Shown piece after piece: positions 61,650-64,000 of a stretch of 64,000 nt of DNA (positions are counted from its first letter, which is position 1; each line of letters starts with the position of its first letter). The position numbers and the translations under genes are program-made. Under the pieces are notes generated by a model. It saw nothing but the letters and a program-made list of their open reading frames with translations, did no database searches and was not told where the DNA came from. This stretch comes from Raillietiella orientalis (lineage: Eukaryota): positions 4,898,001-4,962,000 of the forward strand of contig JAYWIR010000004.1 of NCBI GenBank assembly GCA_036172245.1, read 5' to 3'.

Positions 61650-64000
61650 CGTGAAAGTTAACTTAATGAGTGCTCATAATTACTATTAAAAAAAAAAGCA
61701 CCGATGGCGTGCGTTTCATATCTTGAACTCATGGATAGTAAGTAGGATCAGTTACTCCCCACTGATGGGCAAAAACTGCAATGAATTCTTCAGATCTAGG
61801 AGAAGGAACTCTTAAATGCGAAATGAAATCCACATTTCGGCACGCGGTAACTTTTGGCTGTGTTTGCTCGGGTGGCGGGAAACCGACCAAATCATTGCTC
61901 TTTCACGTAACAGTTTAATAACAAAGGTGTATGGATAAACGATCAGGAAAATTTAAACTTCGTACAGTTGCCTGAAGATTTCTACAAGAAAGGTCCTTGA
62001 CTAGGTCCTTGTTGAAAAGGAAGATCCAGACGAATGAAGAGGGGAGATCCACCACTGTCTTACTACTGCCTTCGGCTCGTTCGGCAGTTTCGGAACTTCC
62101 ATGGCGGGCAGATAATCCATCCTATGCTTCCAATGCGTATCCCAGGGGCATTCCATTTCCTTCCTGAGGTGCTCTGCCTGCCACTGAGGAATTTCCAATT
62201 TCCTAAGTATTCCGGATTTCCAAATCGCAGAGATTCTCCGCTGCTATTACTCATACTGTGGCTGTGACTTTGGCAGCGGTACCTGTTCTCCATTCTCTGC
62301 CTTGCCTCTGCCAACGCCTTTGATGAGTATGCCTAAGAGTAAAAGATGCCCAGTATCATTTATCATTTATCTTTCCTTCGCCTTCCAGTACTGGATCCGG
62401 TGTTTAGCACTAAATCTGTTTCCGGAATAGTTCGGTTGAAGGCTATCGATTCCCTTTCTTTCAGTGTTCCTCTCTGGGCCACCAGCTCAACATAGGACAC
62501 CAGCTGCGTGATCAATGTCTGTATGTTGATGCATTCGTTGAGGGTGCGACCTAGTGAATCTTTTCATCCTCCACATCCTTGCACAGCTAACCGACCCCTC
62601 CCCTCTGGGCGCTTGCAGAAGACCCTGATGGATGCTGCATGAAAGAATCTGTATTCTGCGATCCTTGAGTCGTTGTTGAAGAGAAAATGCTTCGAAAGGC
62701 GATGCTGCCTAGGAAGGTGGAAAATTTCATGGAACCATCTTTCATGAAGGTCTTGCCTCCAACAGAGGTACTCACAAGAAAATGTTAACACGAACATTCT
62801 TATGTATTTAATGTATTAGGCATCTCCGATGGGGTGATCTAATCGAAAAGATTTGATAAGGGATCAGAGAACTCTAGTAATCAACGTTGCCGACAAGGCC
62901 TTTATTTTCTTCTGAGGTTTGTTTTGTATCGTTTTCTTTCCTGAACATCTTCCTTCAGTAACAAGAACGCAAAGTTGTTGCGATGTTTTTCTGAGCAAAT
63001 TAATGCATCAAATCTAAACTTTGCCTTATGCATGTTATAAATGAAATTGTATCCACATTTCCCTGTGTTTTCTTCTTTAAATTGCAACGTGCTTGTAGAA
63101 TTTAAGCATACCTAGAAGCATTACCAGTAAAATCGTTTCTTCCAAAAGTCATAGAAGAAGCTAGCTCAATGTAAACTTTAAAAGGGAACTCAGGTGGAAC
63201 AAGAGCATCAAAACATAACATTTGTGCTGCGTAAAAAATTACAAATAACCGAAATTTCAGAGACATCCTTGAATGAGCAGCACAAATATTAACGATGGAC
63301 TTGCTCTTCCCGCTATGTGAGAACTCACCGTTCGTATCCGTTACTGTGGGACGCTTAGATCCATGGCAACTCTGTACACGTACAGAGTTGCCATCCCTAC
63401 GAAGACTTTCGCTTTGTGTTTCCCTATTCCTTTCGTTCGTGTTCTCCCATTTCCACTCGCAATCGCAACGCTTTCCGTATTCAAGAATGCCCATTTCTTT
63501 GTGAAGTTTGGCGATCATCACTTTTCTCTTTGGTTCTCAGAAGCCAAAATCTCTGCGGAGAGCTTTCTGGGGAACATCACGGTCTTGAGTGGAACGCCGG
63601 TTGAATAGGAGTTAACCCTTGCTCAGTGAGGTCCAGTCATCGGGAGAAACAGTTGGAAGAATTTTCTTTGAAGACTTGTCTGGAGGTTGTGGAATTATTC
63701 TTTATTCTCGGAAATGCAGTTGTAGGACTTCGGACCGCTGTAATGAATATGGGGATCGGGGTCTGCGTGAACGGAGCAATTGGTGCTGCTTGCTCGAACC
63801 CGTTTCGTGGACCTGACTATGACTGAAGCACAAGCCACAGATGACAGCGCGTGATGTGCAGGCACGATCTTCGCGAGCCTGGCACTGATGCAATGCCGAC
63901 AAAGTGCTGTGTGACCGATGGGAAGCATGGTTTTTTGTTTTCCTCAAACTCAGTAATGAGGTGAAAAGCCTGCCATCCACGAAAAGGAAACGAAGGGCTT

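Noticed and set aside
62001..63521. Short minus-strand ORFs near the right edge as exons or retroelement fragments
   Set aside because: No recognisable motifs or consistent splice phases; cannot be supported without a search.
1..64000. CRISPR arrays, operons or prokaryotic defence systems
   Set aside because: The sequence is eukaryotic with spliceosomal introns; no regularly spaced repeat-spacer array was seen.

Overview
Eukaryotic, intron-rich genomic DNA, most likely from an arthropod (inferred from a CalpC-type calpain and an invertebrate-type U2 sequence). I reconstructed three protein-coding genes by reading splice sites by hand. (1) A partial TTLL9-type tubulin polyglutamylase on the minus strand (five recognisable exons, 1-5755), which runs off the left edge and has an unresolved 5' end. 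(2) A complete 16-exon, 660-aa catalytically inactive calpain (calpain-C type) on the minus strand (15375-31627). (3) A two-exon, 282-aa C3orf38/DUF4518-like gene on the plus strand (54813-55708). Also present: an intact tRNA-Ala(CGC), a 37-nt 5' fragment of U2 snRNA, a decayed piggyBac-like element and several hairpins and small repeats. Most long ORFs in the supplied track are low-complexity ORFs of GC-rich non-coding blocks. The most unusual signals are a TTLL9 intron that keeps frame only with a non-canonical TT donor (AAAG|TTAAGT), a U2 fragment that stops inside the branch-point recognition motif and is flanked by an 8-bp direct repeat, and a perfect 22-bp hairpin behind the C3orf38-like gene. 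I found no convincing multi-gene novel system. Homology calls come from recalled family motifs; no database search was run.
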